A stretch of 64,000 nt of DNA, from contig JAMDHS010000018.1 in the NCBI GenBank assembly GCA_029717555.1, forward strand, positions 186,001 through 250,000, read 5' to 3'. Each line of letters opens with the position of its first letter. Positions within the stretch are counted from its first letter, which is position 1. The position numbers and the translations under genes are program-made. Of the stretch, positions 11,823 to 25,300 are shown piece by piece. This DNA is from Peribolospora baueri. Taxonomy: Eukaryota. Below the pieces are notes generated by a model that saw nothing but the letters and a program-made list of their open reading frames with translations, made no database searches and was not told where the DNA came from.

Positions 11823-13250
11823 TCATATCGTATCGTATGCAAGTAGAGGCATCGTCAAACACGCCCGTTGCCTCCCTCCGTCCCATGTGATGCGATTCCG
11901 CGCGTGGCAGGCAGGCGATAGATAGCCACGAGGGTATGTTAGATACATGTGGTGGCGGACGGCGATGATAATACGGATATGGACCGGGGGCGCGCCGTGG
12001 GTGCTGTTCTTGAAGAAACAACCGTTCGAGTTGAGGAAGACGGCGCGAGCGAGCTTGTTGCCCTCCCAGATGCAGTAGCCGGCGACGTGCTTGCTGCTGA
12101 CGTCGAGCTCGGCAACGCGCGCGTTGCCGGACTTGCCGATCGCCGTGTCCACCACGAGCGCGGTGTAGTAAAGCGGGTTGACGTGAGCAGGGAAAGGCAT
12201 GGAGAGGTCGTAGCCGGTCGTGACGGAGCGGTTCAAAGGGATGGGTTGGAACTGAAAGAAAGCCGAGGCAAGAAGCAGTAAAAGAAGGAAAGATGAGCCG
12301 TTGACGCGGCGACGACCGTGTTTCACAAACGCCAGCTCACCAGGTTGTATTTGTAGCCTAGGTCAACGGGAAGGGGGGGTAGGAGTTAAAGAAAGGGGCA
12401 GCGAACCAGGACCGAGGTGAGACTCTCAGTCGCAACGGCTCCCGTGCGCTGGCCATTCGATGAAAGAGGATGACTCACCGACGCCCTCGTCGAAGTGTAA
12501 CCTGCCGACGCCGAGCGCGGCGCTCTGGAGGATGTAGTCAACGCCCCATACGGCCGACCCGTCACTCTCGGAGACGCCCGGGGCGCCGTGGCAGGCGATG
12601 GAGTTGGTCTCGCTTTCGAGTGCGGACCGAGAGGAGGTGAGGAGGAAGGGCGAGGGGCGGAGGCAGTTCGTTGCAGACGGTCGGGAAAACCGCAAAGACA
12701 CCGACCGGGCGGCTCTCACCCGAGAATGTAGTCGAGCGACTGTCGCTTGGTGGCGATGAGGTCGGACAAGAGCTGGGAGACGTTGGTGCGGATGTATTGC
12801 TTGTTCAGCAGGTCTGCCAGGTGGAATGCTCCTCCGTTACAGTAGGCCGCTGTGGCGACCGAAAGCGGGTCGGAGAGAAGGGAAGAGAGAGGGAGGGAAA
12901 GGTCAGCTGGGCTCCAATCTGAAAGGACTGAAAGAAAGACGTCAACGCACCGAAGTAGTGGTGCTGCGAGAAACTGCGAAACCGTTGAGGTAAACAAAAA
13001 AAACGAAGGGATTGGTGCATGTTAGTTTCGTTTGTTCCTCTTCGCCGTGCCCCGTCTTCCTTTGGAACGGCGCTCACGTTGAGATCCTAGCGCCAACCTC
13101 ACTGTTCCCCCGGCAAGCCAGACGCACTGTGTGGTCTTGTCGTTGGCGCCGGTGTCGTCGATATCAACGAAGGCGCCGACCGGCCAGGTGAACTGAGAGC
13201 CGGGGACGGCCTTGTCGATGGAGTTGGCAAAGTTGGTCCAGCTTGAGTGA

Positions 13251-13283
<33 letters not shown>

Positions 13284-13992
13284 GCGAAGGTGGTAAGTGA
13301 AGCAGGACGGCAAAAAAGGAAAAGCGCGTTTTGGAGACGAGACGAGACGCGGGCGTGTCCGCCGGGGCTCACTTCCTGATGTAGTCCAAGATGGTCCAGT
13401 CGCCGACGTAGAGGGGATCCTTGAACAGGTCCGGCTCGGTACCTACCTCGACGTACTGGAGAGTAATGCCGGCGTCGTGGACGGCCGCCTCGGAGAAAGC
13501 TTGGAGGAGCGCGCGAGCCTCGTCGACGGCGTTCGTCACGTTGCCCGAGCGCAGGTGGAGGCCCCAGGTCATGGGCGTGCCCGGGAGGAGGTGGGCGAAG
13601 AGGGCGTAGAAGTCAGGGCCGCGGATGGTGTTATCGGGGGCCTCTGGGAAGGGCGTGACGACAGTGGACGAGGCCCACCTCCGGGCCATCCGTCGTGGGC
13701 AGGTTGGGGTCGATGGGCGTGCGGTCCTCGCGAGATGAGGGCTTGGTGGTGACGACGCGCCTGGCGCCACGCCTTTCCATTTTGCCACGTATCACGACGT
13801 TGTTAAAAAGCGTTTCCTCTTGCCGGTTGAAGACACGTTTCTTGTTTTATCTTGCTGCTTTATCTTCCCTCCCGGGAAGCAGGCGGTCTTCCCTACACGC
13901 CTTGGTCCGCTCGCTCGCAGTTGCGTCCACTTGTCCCCATGGTCGGTCGCCTTAAAACTGGCCGACGGAAGGTTAGCCGGACGTACATCCAT
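11823..13992 (-). pseudogene. Glycoside hydrolase family 79 (beta-glucuronidase/heparanase-like) pseudogene
   Basis: GH79 blocks: EDRT, PFPEA..GPDFY..MTWG, YVEVGTEPDLF, FSQHHY, LDYILG|ETNSIACHGAPGVS..AVWGVDYILQ, GYKYNL microexon, HVNPLYY, AGYCIWEGNKLARAVFLN. Frameshifts between EDRT and PFPEA (~13680) and in the G5 run at ~13107-13111; N- and C-termini decayed. Ends approximate. Confidence 0.82.
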
Positions 13993-15532
13993 CCAAGTCA
14001 GACCAAACGGAACATCTGTTCCTTCAGATCACACGCCGTCTAGCGACACCTCTTTCATCTGTGAGAACGCAGTGTTGTCTGTACCTGACCTCGGCGAAGG
14101 GTGTGGCTGGCGTATTCCCCTCGTCCGTCCATTCCCAGCCGACGAGAACATACATCACGGAGAGCGCCCGCGATGCTGTGCTCCAAAAGGGCCGACGGAG
14201 GAAGGAAGGAAGGGACGTTCGTCTCGTCTGCTCCCTATGATCGCCCCTCTCCCGACCGGACGTGTTTCAAGACAGGGTTCACTTCCTTCTATCCTTCATT
14301 ACACGTGTAAACGGGTCCAGAACACGCGTATCGGCGACGCCGACGCGTCTCAAGACAAGACTAGAGGCGGACCCGTCCAATGTCACGTGATCGCCTCCGA
14401 CCATGCGACCATGGACGTCCTCCGCTCCTCATTGGTTACCGAATGCACCTCCGTCGTTGAGCACCAACCCCCCTGAGGACGTGCCTCTTTGCCGAGGCAC
14501 ACGGCGTCTGCATGAATGGGAGAAGGGGCTATCACGAAAGTCATCCACCCTATGAGGATCTTTCTTCTTTCTGTCGTTCGCCCTCGCTCGCAGGCTGGTC
14601 GTCCGATTGGGCTAGGACGGTCGCTGCAGCCGATCACACAAGGCGAGTGGTGGGGGCGTAAAAGCTGGATGGTGTCCGTCGACCAAAGGGGACGATGGAT
14701 TTTGGGCGTCCTTGTATGGTTATGAGCTTGGAAACAAGGCGGTCTGGAAGCAGCCCACGGCGCAACCTCGCTCGCTCGTTCGCTCCCCCTTTCGGACAGA
14801 CCGTCTGCGTCGCCTGTGAAATGACTGTCCGTCAGACGACCGTGGTGGCCGCGACGGTGTCGACGATGGGCGCTGTGGGCTGCGGTAGGATGGCGACGGG
14901 CGTCGTTGGTTTTTTCTTGACCTTGGTTTTTGTCCGTCCGCGGTCTGGCGGAAGGAGGGGAGGGCGACGTGCGCAGTAAGGAGAGATACAGGAGCGACAT
15001 ATGATATGGGCAATACAGGGCTGTGCTTGGTCGGCTTAATGCTCGCCTCATCGCCCTTCCTCCGGCTTGGCCCGGAATTTTATCGCCGCTCTGTCGGATG
15101 AACGCCGCTCGCCCCGTCTTTGCACCATTCGCACACGGAGAGAGACGAGGGAGCCGCCGCGGCCGCCGCTTGCACCTGGTGTACACATAGATAGAACCGG
15201 CCCATCGATCGTCCTCGCCACTACCACTTTCTCTTCTTCCTCCATCTCATCTTCATCGGCCCTCGCCGTCGTCTCAACTTGGTTCGTCTTCGCCTTCCTC
15301 CCTCTTCCTTGCCTTTTCTTTCTACGTTGCTGGTCAACTCGTCCCTTCGTCGAGCGCGTTCACTTGTGCTTCGACGTCGCCGCTCGAGACTAAAACTTCC
15401 CAACGTCACGGCTGGTCCTTTTGAACCTACTTCCCCCCTTTTCTCTTTCCCCACACCTTGCCTTTCTTTCTGCCCTCCTCCGTTCCACTTCACCCCCCTT
15501 CTCGCGCCCTCTTTCAGCTGTGCCGGAGAGAA

Positions 15533-16558
15533 ATGAGCTACGCCCATCACCCCACCTACCGAGACGTCGACCAGAACATCAAGTCGCCACACAACATGCA
15601 AGGCTCGCCCATGTACTATCAGCACGCGATCCCCTCCGCGTTCAGCGCGTCGAGCGCGTCCAGCAGCAGCTTGGTTTTCACCCCGTCCCCCTCCTGGACG
15701 TCCTGCACGTCGCCCTCCACCAGCGTCACCACGCCTTCCAACGCCGACTCTCCCGGCTCGTCCGAACTCTTTCGCAGCTTCGGCAGCGGCAAGAGCGACG
15801 GGTGGAGCTTGGGCGAGGTCGGCGAAGACGGGTTTGGCATGGGTGCCTCATACGAATGGCAGCAGGCAGGCGCGGGCAGGGAGGTGTCCGGACGCGGGGG
15901 CGGGGTGCGCGTGTCGCCCAAGAAGCTAAGCAAAAAGTCATCCATCCACCACCACTCCCCTCCTTCGGGAAACCGACGCCTGCCGAGCCTGAGGAAGCCG
16001 CAGGAGGCCGAGGTCCAGGTGGTGGACCTCACGGTCGTCCACCCGGCCCGGCCGCCGACGCTCAACAAGCTCCCTCCCAAAAAGGCCCGCGCTGTGGCCC
16101 GAACCAAGTCGCCGCGGTCGCCTGAACAAGCAGTTCGTCGCACTCGGTCTGAGGACGGCGGCACGAGCGATTACCTCTCCTCCAAGCCCGCCGTCGTCGC
16201 CAGCGCCAAGACGAAGAGAACGACGCCACCGGCACCACAGCCGCAGCCGCGGCCTCGGAACGCGGCTGCGCTGAGCCTGCGAGAGGTGGACGTGACGACG
16301 GCGCTGTCCGTCTCTGGCGACGGGAACCGTACTCGGCCTTCTGCATTCCAAGATCAGTCTCGGCAGCGGCCCGACGCGGGTCGCATCAACTCGATGCTCG
16401 CGGTCGCGGAGACAGTCCACATGACGCCCTTGAGCGAGATCGAGCAGAACATGTTCAGAAGGGCGGCGAGATCGACTACGGAGGCCGACACACCCCCTCC
16501 ACTGCCGGACAAGTCTGCAGGGTTCGCCGACGCGTCCGACCGCTCCCTTTCTCTCGCT

Positions 16559-16590
<32 letters not shown>

Positions 16591-18211
16591 AAGCGATGCG
16601 GACGAGGCGAGGGCGGCCGCGTTCAAAGTCAAGCGCAAGCCTGCGCCTGAGGTGAAGGAGAGGCGTCGCGCTCAGGCCGACTGGGGCCGGGTCGACCACC
16701 GAGACAAATGGCACGAGCAGGCGGTCATGGTTCAGCGGATGCGGTCGGCGTCGCTGAGCGAAGTCACCGAGCCGCTCACCGCTGCTCGCGCCGGGTTCGC
16801 GGTCGCGGAGACGGCGGCGCCGACGAAAGTGGAGCACGCGCGGGATACGAACGACATTGGCAGGACGGGCGGTCCGGAGATCGAGTGGAAGCCTTTCAAG
16901 CCGCGCGAGCTCATCTTGGCGCGATCGGCGTCAGCATCGGCATCGACGGCGACGGCAATGAGGAAGAACGCTGACAAACCCCGGCCGGCTCCGCTTGAGC
17001 CTCCGCGGTCTCTTAAGAAGCAGCGGAGCTTGCACGAGCTGTACCGGTCGCCGAAGATGTACGACGACAGCGCGCTGATGGACGACGATGCCGAGTCGCC
17101 GTTGCCGGAGATGCTCGCGTCGCCGATGCCGCCGGCGGCGTCGCCGGGAGGTGTCGTCGGCCATGGGCGGTCGATGCAGAACCATCTTCTCTTTCCGGAC
17201 TCGGCGCTCTCTCGCCCGAGGCTGCGACATGCCACCGTCGACAAGGCGCAGGATGCGAGGGAGAACCGACAGCATTGGCGGACGCAGAGTCTGGTGGGAG
17301 ACGTGATCGTCACTTCGGGCGGGTGGTCCGACCTGTCCTCTCGTTCGAAGGTGCGTCGCACCACGACGACGACTGAGCAGGCGCAGGCGGAAGCGGCACG
17401 GGGGGAGAGTCGGCAGCACCGGCGGATGCACAGCCTGGTCGGCGACGTCGTCGTCACCGCCGAGGCGGCGCAGCGCGGCAGTGGCTCTGACGGATGGGCT
17501 CGGGTGGGCGAGATCATCAAGGAGATGAACATTCGCTCTCCTCTGCCGCCCGTGTCGGACGGCGAGCGCTCGGCCGGACCGGCTGCGACGTCGATGAGGG
17601 CCTCGGCGATGGCCACCTTTCCTTCGACTCCCCAGAGGCGGCACGCGCCGTCGTCGACGCACGTGCGCTCGCGCACCATCAGCGGCGCCGGATCGGCTCG
17701 TCTCCAACTGGCCACCGCGGCGGCAGAGATGGCGACGGCGGCGGTGACGGCGGCGGGCGGACGACCGCCGGCGGACGCGCCGATCAGTCCGGAGGCGGAC
17801 GAGACGAGCCCGATGGAGGCGCAATCGTCCGTGCCACCCTTGCGCTTGCGGCCACCCACGACGGCGACGGCGACGCAACAGGGTCGTTTGATGGAGAAGG
17901 GCAAGGAGATGATGGACAGGCAGGCTCACGATGCGCCAAAGGAGCGCAGGTTGGCAGGCGCGTGGGACGTCGCGTCGCCGGGGCCGGGCGAGTCGGGCCC
18001 GAGGTTTGTGCTGGCGGGGATGAAGGACGTCCAAGCTCATCGGACGCACAAGCGCGGTGACAGTGGTGCGGGCGCGGGTGCGGGAGGCGCGGCTCATCAG
18101 ACGCCCGAGTCGGTGGGCAAGCTGCAGAGGCGGGCGAGGCAAGCGGCGGAGGCGAGGAGGGCGGTCGAGGGTGGGCCGTCGTCGTCGAGGAAGGTGCAGT
18201 CTTTGGCGTGA
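15533..18211 (+). CDS. Intronless ~892-aa Ser/Ala/Arg/Pro-rich hypothetical protein, probably disordered
   Basis: Uninterrupted 2.7-kb ORF with ATG at 15533 (gaaATGa context), coding-like codon use, poly-Ala (gcc)n, internal protein-level repeat; no domain recognised. Confidence 0.8.
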
Positions 18212-19371
18212 ATGGCCGGCGTCGACTGTCGTATCGTTCGTTCGTTTGTTCGTTCCGTCGCTCTTTGTTGTTTCTACATTACATTACGTACGTACGTCGT
18301 CCCGTCTTCCGCGAAGACTTGGGAGTTATCTATCTATTCCCTTTTGTTTATCATCCTTCGACCGATCCACATGCTCGCCCTCCGTCCCGTCTTGACCCCC
18401 GACGTGCTCGTGAGCTGCATACGTGCACGCGATATGACGACGTGGAATGACGACGAGCAGAGAAATAAATGCCCCCGGCAGCTAATGGCCGGGCTGGACC
18501 GGGCTTGTTCGGCCGATGGTCAGCGGGAGCGCCGTGTGGAGTGTGTTTGGCGCGATTGCGGTGCGGCGGGACTCGTGAGGGCGTGAGATAACTAACTTTC
18601 TAGCTATCCATCTGTCTATCTGTCTCGATCCATGCTTCCCCATTCTCCTCCCCGTTTGGGCGTGCGATGTGCGAGCCCCGTCGTGCTTGCATGTCGGCCG
18701 CGCCGCGCCGCGCCGCGCAGTCCCCCGGCATGCTGCGCGATCGAAGACTGATAAGAGAGAGACGCGTGCGTGACCTTGCGCGACGTGTTGTCTGTCTGTC
18801 TGTCGCCTCTGTCTGCGCGCAGGCTGGCGAGGTGACGACGAGGACGAGGACGAGGACGAGGTGGAGTAGAATCGAGTCGAGTCGGACGTCGACCCCGCGT
18901 ACGTCGCCTCGCTCCACCGACGTGCCTCACGGCTGCGGCGGCGCGTCGGACACATGGACATCACGTCGAGATCAGTCAGTTATTAGTCGTGCCGAGTCGG
19001 CTTGGAGGAGTTAGATAGGTAGATAGATAGATAGATAGGTAGGCGAAGAGAGCGACAACATCGACCAACTCACGACCACAACCTCCATCGACGGCCGACC
19101 ACCTTCCTTCGCCCTCTGCCCTCACTCCAACACACCGTCCACGGGCCCCCGCTCTCCCTTTGCTCTCCCTCCTCCCCTCGCACGCACACACCACGGCAGG
19201 TGACGGCCCCTGGTGAGCATCCTTCCTTCTCTCGCTCGTTGGAAATCTTCTATATCGCGCACTTTACCGCCTGAAATAGATGCCTCCGACCGATCGCACC
19301 GATCTTACCCTCTCTCTGCCCTCCTCCACCCAGCCCGCCGTCGTCCCAGCGCTTCAACAGCGCACGCCGCC

Positions 19372-22300
19372 ATGGCCATGGCCATGGCCATCGCCCCGCC
19401 CTCCCTGGACGTTCTCTTCACCGCCATCCTCCCCGCCCTCCTCGTCTTCTTCTCTCTCGTCTTCCTCTTTGTCCCCCTCCCCGTCCCCGCCCCGCTCCGC
19501 ATCTTTCGCGAGTTCATCTCCGCCGAAGACATCCTCGCGTCCGAGGACGAGGATAGCAAAGAGGCCAAGCACGCCAGACCTGGCGATGCACACATCGTAG
19601 AGAACGGCAGCGCCGTCCCCATCACTCAGTCGGACGGCCACCCTGGCGAGCGCACACCCCTGCTCAACAACAAGCCTCCGTCCAACGCCCGCCGCCACGC
19701 TCTCCACCCCCCGCTCTGGCGCACCGCCTCCTTCGTTCTCATCGGCCTCGTCCAATGCCTCGCCTGGCTCGTCGTCCTCAGCTACTCCGCCGTCATGGTC
19801 TCCGTCTCTGGCGACCGAGGCGAGGGCGAGACGTACGGAAAGCAGCACGTCCTCGTCCCCGCTTTTGTCGTTTTCACCTGGTCCTACGTCGCCCTCAAGT
19901 CCCTCCTCCGCCCGACCGTCACCCCACCCTATGAGCTGCTTGCCCTTTTCGTCCTCCACGCCCTCGCCGCCGTCCTCTCCATCTGGTCCATCGCATCCCG
20001 CCTCTCCTCCACTCCCTCCCACGGCTGGGAAGACAAGGCCGGCCTTGTCCTCCAGTGCGGAAACTTGCTCCTGTCGGCATTGGCGATCAGACTCGTCCTC
20101 GGCATGCCGCTGCAGGTCAACGACGAGGAACCGAAGAAGGACGACAAGGTGAGTGGGTCGTGTGTGTGGAGTGCCGGCATCGGATTTGCTCACGGTGTGC
20201 GATTTTCCCTTCCATCTCTTTCAAGGGCCTCTTGCCGCCTCTCGAGGACTATTGTACCCTCTGGTCGTGGATGGTGCGTCGGCGCCGAATCTCGAGCGCA
20301 GCACGCGCCTCGGCTGATCATTTCTTTTTTTTTTCTTCTTTTGTGCAACCCCTTTAGACCTTCAACTGGATGACGCCTCTCATCCAAGAGGGCATGAAGC
20401 GCACGCTCGAAGAGGCAGACGTATGGCAGCTGTCTAAGTTTTCCCGTACAAAGGTCCTTCTTAACAAGTTTTTGACCGTTCAGTGCGTCCTTTCGTTTTG
20501 CTTCCCGTCCCTTCCCTGCTCGATTCTGACACGCTGACCCTCCCTCGCTCGTTCGACGTCCTTCTCCCAGGCGGTCTACTCTCATTCATCGGCTCGCCGT
20601 CGCAAACGCCCACGACCTCGGCCTCGACTTTGCCCTCACCGTCCTCTCCTCCATCCTCGCCTACGCCTCCCCCTTCTTCCTCAAGCGCATCCTCGATTCC
20701 TTCGAGCCCTTGTCCGACCACGAGGGCGACGGCGACGGCGCGCGCGTGTCCAAACAGACGGCCTACCTCTTCACCGTCGCCGCTTTCGTCTGCGCCGTCC
20801 TCAAGTCTCAAGCGGACCTCCAGCATCTCGCCTACGGTCGTCGTGCCGGCGTGCGCATCAAGGCCGAGTTGATCAGCTCGATATACCTCAAGGCGCTCAA
20901 GACCAAGGACGTTAGTGGTGTTACTCAGGGCGATGATGAGCCGAAGGAGGACAAGGACAAGGACAAGGACAAGGATAAGGATAAGAAGAAGGAGGAGACA
21001 AAGGAAGAGAAGGACATGAAGACCGCCGACGTTGGCAAGATCGTCAGCTTGATGGCCGGCGACGCACAGAGGGTCGCGGGCATGGTCGTGGGCTTGTATG
21101 TGAGTGACCGTTCGATGTCGCCTCGTGCTCCCTCCAACTGATCGATCGACACTGTGCGCTCGACTCGACCCGCCCGCGCCCAGATGGTGTACTCCGCCCC
21201 CGTCGAACTCGTCATCGCCTGCACATTCCTCTACACCCTCATGGGCTGGTCCGCTTTTGCAGGCTTCGCAGCCCTCCTCCTAGCCTTACCCCTCAACCAC
21301 TTTCTCACCAAGCGACAGCTGAAGTTGTCTAGGAGTCTTCTTGCGGCCAAGGATAAGCGGATGAGTACGATGAATGAGTTTGTATCGAGTATTAAGTTTA
21401 TTAAGTTTTTTGGTGAGGCCGCCTTTCTGTCCGTCGGGCCCTGATGGCATCTTCCTTCCTTCCGTCGTGTCCTGACCACTCCTTCCTTCCCTCCTTCCAT
21501 CAGCTTGGGAAAGACAGTGGACAGACCGCGTCCTCGAGTCGCGAGAGAACGAGCTCAAGTGGCTCGTCAGGCGCATGGTCAACATGGTCAGCATCATGTT
21601 CCTCTGGGGTGCGTTTTTCTTCTTTCTTTTCGTTGCTTTTCCCGTATGCGCTGCATCAGTTTGGACGGATGAAACGAGCTCGGTCTCCTTTCATTCGATG
21701 CCGTCCCGTAGTCCTCGCACCGTCGATGGTCACCGTCATCAGGTATGTGCACGAGCCCTCCGGCTATGAAGGTTCCCCCGCCCCCCCCCTCCCCCCCTGC
21801 CCCCAAAAGCGCACCTGTCCGACGCTCCCTTTCTTTGTTTTTACAGCTTTGCCGTCTACGTCTTGTTGGAGAAGAAGGAACTCACCGTCAGCGTCGCCTT
21901 TACGGCCATTGCGCTGTTCAACATGCTCGTGAGTGGGGCTTGTGCTCAAGATCGTCGAGGCGCCCCGCCGGCTGATCGTCGCTTCCTCTCTCGTTGGCTT
22001 GTCTTGTCTAGCGCGGACCACTCAACATCATCCCAATGATGCTCAACGAAATCCTCGCAGCGTACGTGTCCGTCCAACGCGTGGAGAGCTACCTCAACAG
22101 CGACGACGAGGTGCCCGATTGGGTCAGCTCGATCAAGCACGACGCCCTCGCTCCCGCCCTGCCCGTCGACGACCGCTTTGGCTGCGAGCACGCCAGCTTC
22201 CGCTGGCACAATGGTTCCGCTCTGACCAAGGACGAGGCGGCCAAAAAGGATAAGAAGCCGTGGCTCGTCAGGCTCGGCCTCAGGCGCGACCCGGCCGCGA

Positions 22301-25300
22301 ACGAGCTCCTCACGGCCGCCGCCGCTACCGTCGTCGAGGGAGAAGACGCGAACGGGCGGGAGGACGAGGAAAATGATAGGCCGTTTGCGTTGAACGATAT
22401 CACCATCACCTTTCCTCCCCGCCAGCTCACCCTCATTTGCGGGCCTACCGGCAGCGGAAAGAGCTCTCGTGAGTGCTTCGTTGCACATCCATATGGCTCG
22501 CCGGGCAGACGCGTGACCCGAGGTTTGATTTGATTTGATGGATCCTCCATTCGACCCCCCGTTTTTGCAGTCCTGGCTGGCATCCTCGGCGAGATGGACT
22601 GCCTGTCCGGCAAAGTTTTCCTCACCAAGCGGCCCAGCCGCGTCGACCCGGCCACGGGCCTGACGTACGGTGTGAGCTACGCTGCCCAGACGCCTTGGCT
22701 GATTCAGCAATCGATCCGCAAGAACATCCTCTTTGGGTCCGAGTACGACCCCGTACGCTACCACCAGGTCCTCTCCGCTTGCGGCCTCAAGCCAGACCTT
22801 GCGATCCTCGAGGACGGCGATATGACCGAGATCGGCGAGCGTGGCGTCTCGCTCTCTGGTGGGTCTCGCCTTCGCTGAAGGGCGGCCGCCGGTCGTGCAT
22901 TCTGGCTCACCCTTCTTTTCGTCCTTTTTGTCTTCCCCCAGGCGGACAGAAGGCCCGGGTGGCGCTCGCTCGTGCCGTGTACGCGCGTACTTCGCGGGTC
23001 CTCTTGGACGACGTCTTGGCCGCCGTCGAGTGCGTCTCTTTTTTTTTCTCGCCGGCGTCGCTATTTCTTCGTTTGGATCGTGCTGCGTTTGCGTACGCTG
23101 ACCGAACTGGCTCTATTCTATCCCTCGCGTCGCGCTGTAGCTCCCACACCGCCGAACACATCGTCAACAAGTGTCTCCGGGGACCTCTCATGCGCCATCG
23201 TACCGTCGTCCTCGTCACCCACCACGTAGAGCTCGTTCTTCCGCACGCAAGCCATGTCATCAACGTCGTCGATGGACAGATCGAGTACCAGGGTTCCCCG
23301 CAAGAGCTACTCGCCCGCGGCGTCTTGTCTGAAATCATGGTCCAAGAGAAGGAGGCGGCGCGGAAAACCGATGCGGAGAAGGAGGAGGAGATCGAGGACG
23401 TCGTCGAGGTCGATGACGACGCCGAGAGCGGGAAGCCGGCTCGAAAGCTCGTAGAAGAGGAGAAGAAGGAAAGGTGAGCCCCCCCCCCGCCCTTCATCCT
23501 CGCTTTTGCCAAAGGATCCACAGTGCCCAAGGTGACTGACTATCTTTTCCACTTCCATCCCGGCAGCGGTTCGGTGAAAAAGGAGATCTACCACATGTAC
23601 CTCGGCTCCGTCGGCTACCCCCTCGTGTTCGCCATTCTCGTCATGCTCTTTGTACAGAGGGGGACGAACGTTCTTGAACAAGTCTGGCTCAAGGGTGCGT
23701 CCGTTTGTTGGAACCATACTCCTTCCTTCCCGCTCACCCGCTCTTCGACTGATGTCCTTTCGCCCTTCGCCCCCTTTGGCTAGTTTGGGGTGAAAGCTAC
23801 GAAGACCGCCAAGAGTCTTTCGCCGGCTTCCATTCCTTGTCGCTCGTTCGCCTTCACGCCGATTATGCGGACTATCAAGGCCCGTCGTATGCTCCTCCTG
23901 TCCGAATGGCCACGACGACCAAAACCAACGGGAACGGGCTCGGACTGCCTTCTGCCGCTGACAACCCCGTTCCTTACATCGAGATCTATGCCGCCATCCA
24001 ACTCGCCGCCGCGGTCATTTGGGGGGTCATGTTCAGCTTGGGCTTCGTTGGCGCCCTCCGCGCCACTCGCAAGCTTTTCACCCGCATGCTCATCTCCGTC
24101 GCACGCGCGCCCAGCCGGTTCTTCGACAAGACGCCCAGCGGACGCATCTTGAATCGCTTTTCCAAGGACGTCGAGACGCTCGACATGTCTATGCACAACA
24201 GCCTTCGCCAGATCGCCCTCTATGTTATCAGCCTCGTCGCCGCCGTCGGCGTCCTCGCCTACAGCGTCCCTCCATTCATCTTGCCTGCCCTCATCATCGG
24301 ATACTTGCACTGGATCTTTGCTCGAGGCTACATTCGCTGTGGTCGAGATCTTCGCCGTCTCGAATCTGTAACTCGCAGCCCTATCTTTTCTTCTTTTGGA
24401 GAACTACTGGTGAGTGCACATGATTTAGCGCTTGCACGTACCGACGCGACGCGATTCGAGAAAAGAGTCGCTGTTTCTGATTGGCATGATGATCTGGCTG
24501 GCCCCGACGCACAGGTCGGCATCACGACCGTACGCGCATACTGTGCCGAGCGTCGTTTCTTGGACGACCTCGCGTATCGTCTGGACAGGACCCTCGCGGC
24601 CTGGCACTACTTCTGGATGTCGAATCGCTGGCTCCTCTTCCGTTTCGAGCTCCTTGGCGCTTCCTCTGTCCTCCTCGCCTCCGTCTTCTCCTTGTCCAGC
24701 GGGATCAGCGCTGGTCTGGCGGGCATGGCCATCACCTCTGCGCAGAACTATGTCCAGAGCATCTACTGTGAGTTTTGCTCGCTTGGCGGCGGGACAACTT
24801 CTAATGCAGGGATTAGTGAAATGACCCGTTACTTTATAATGGGCTTCTGAATCAGGGCTGTGCCGCTTTTTCACTACATTCGAGATGGACCTCAACTCCG
24901 GTGCGTCCGCTCACTCCAAGCCACTCGACGAACCAGACGATGGCTGAACGCTGACCTTTGCTGCATGCGTGTATTTTTTTCGTTCGTATCGATCACAGTC
25001 GAACGCGTGTACGAGTACCTTGACTTGCCCAAAGAGCCTCCCGCGGTTATTGAAGGCCATCGCCCTCCCGCTGCTTGGCCGACGGAAGGACGGATCGTAG
25101 TCGACGATCTCACGATTTCGTACGACAAAGATCTGCCCGCCGTCCTTCACGGTGTTTCCTTTGAGATCAAGCCCGGTGAAAAGGTCGGTTTGGTGGGCAG
25201 GACGGGAAGCGGGAAATCGACACTGGGTGCGTTCTTGTCATAGCGGCTTCTACGAACGATAGGAAAACTGACTCTGTCTTCCTTTGTCCGCTCTCCTGCG

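Noticed and set aside
15619..18142. Long antisense and alternate-frame ORFs over the orphan gene (similar ones over formin, DENN and BFA1)
   Set aside because: Expected shadow ORFs in high-GC coding DNA; low complexity, no motifs.
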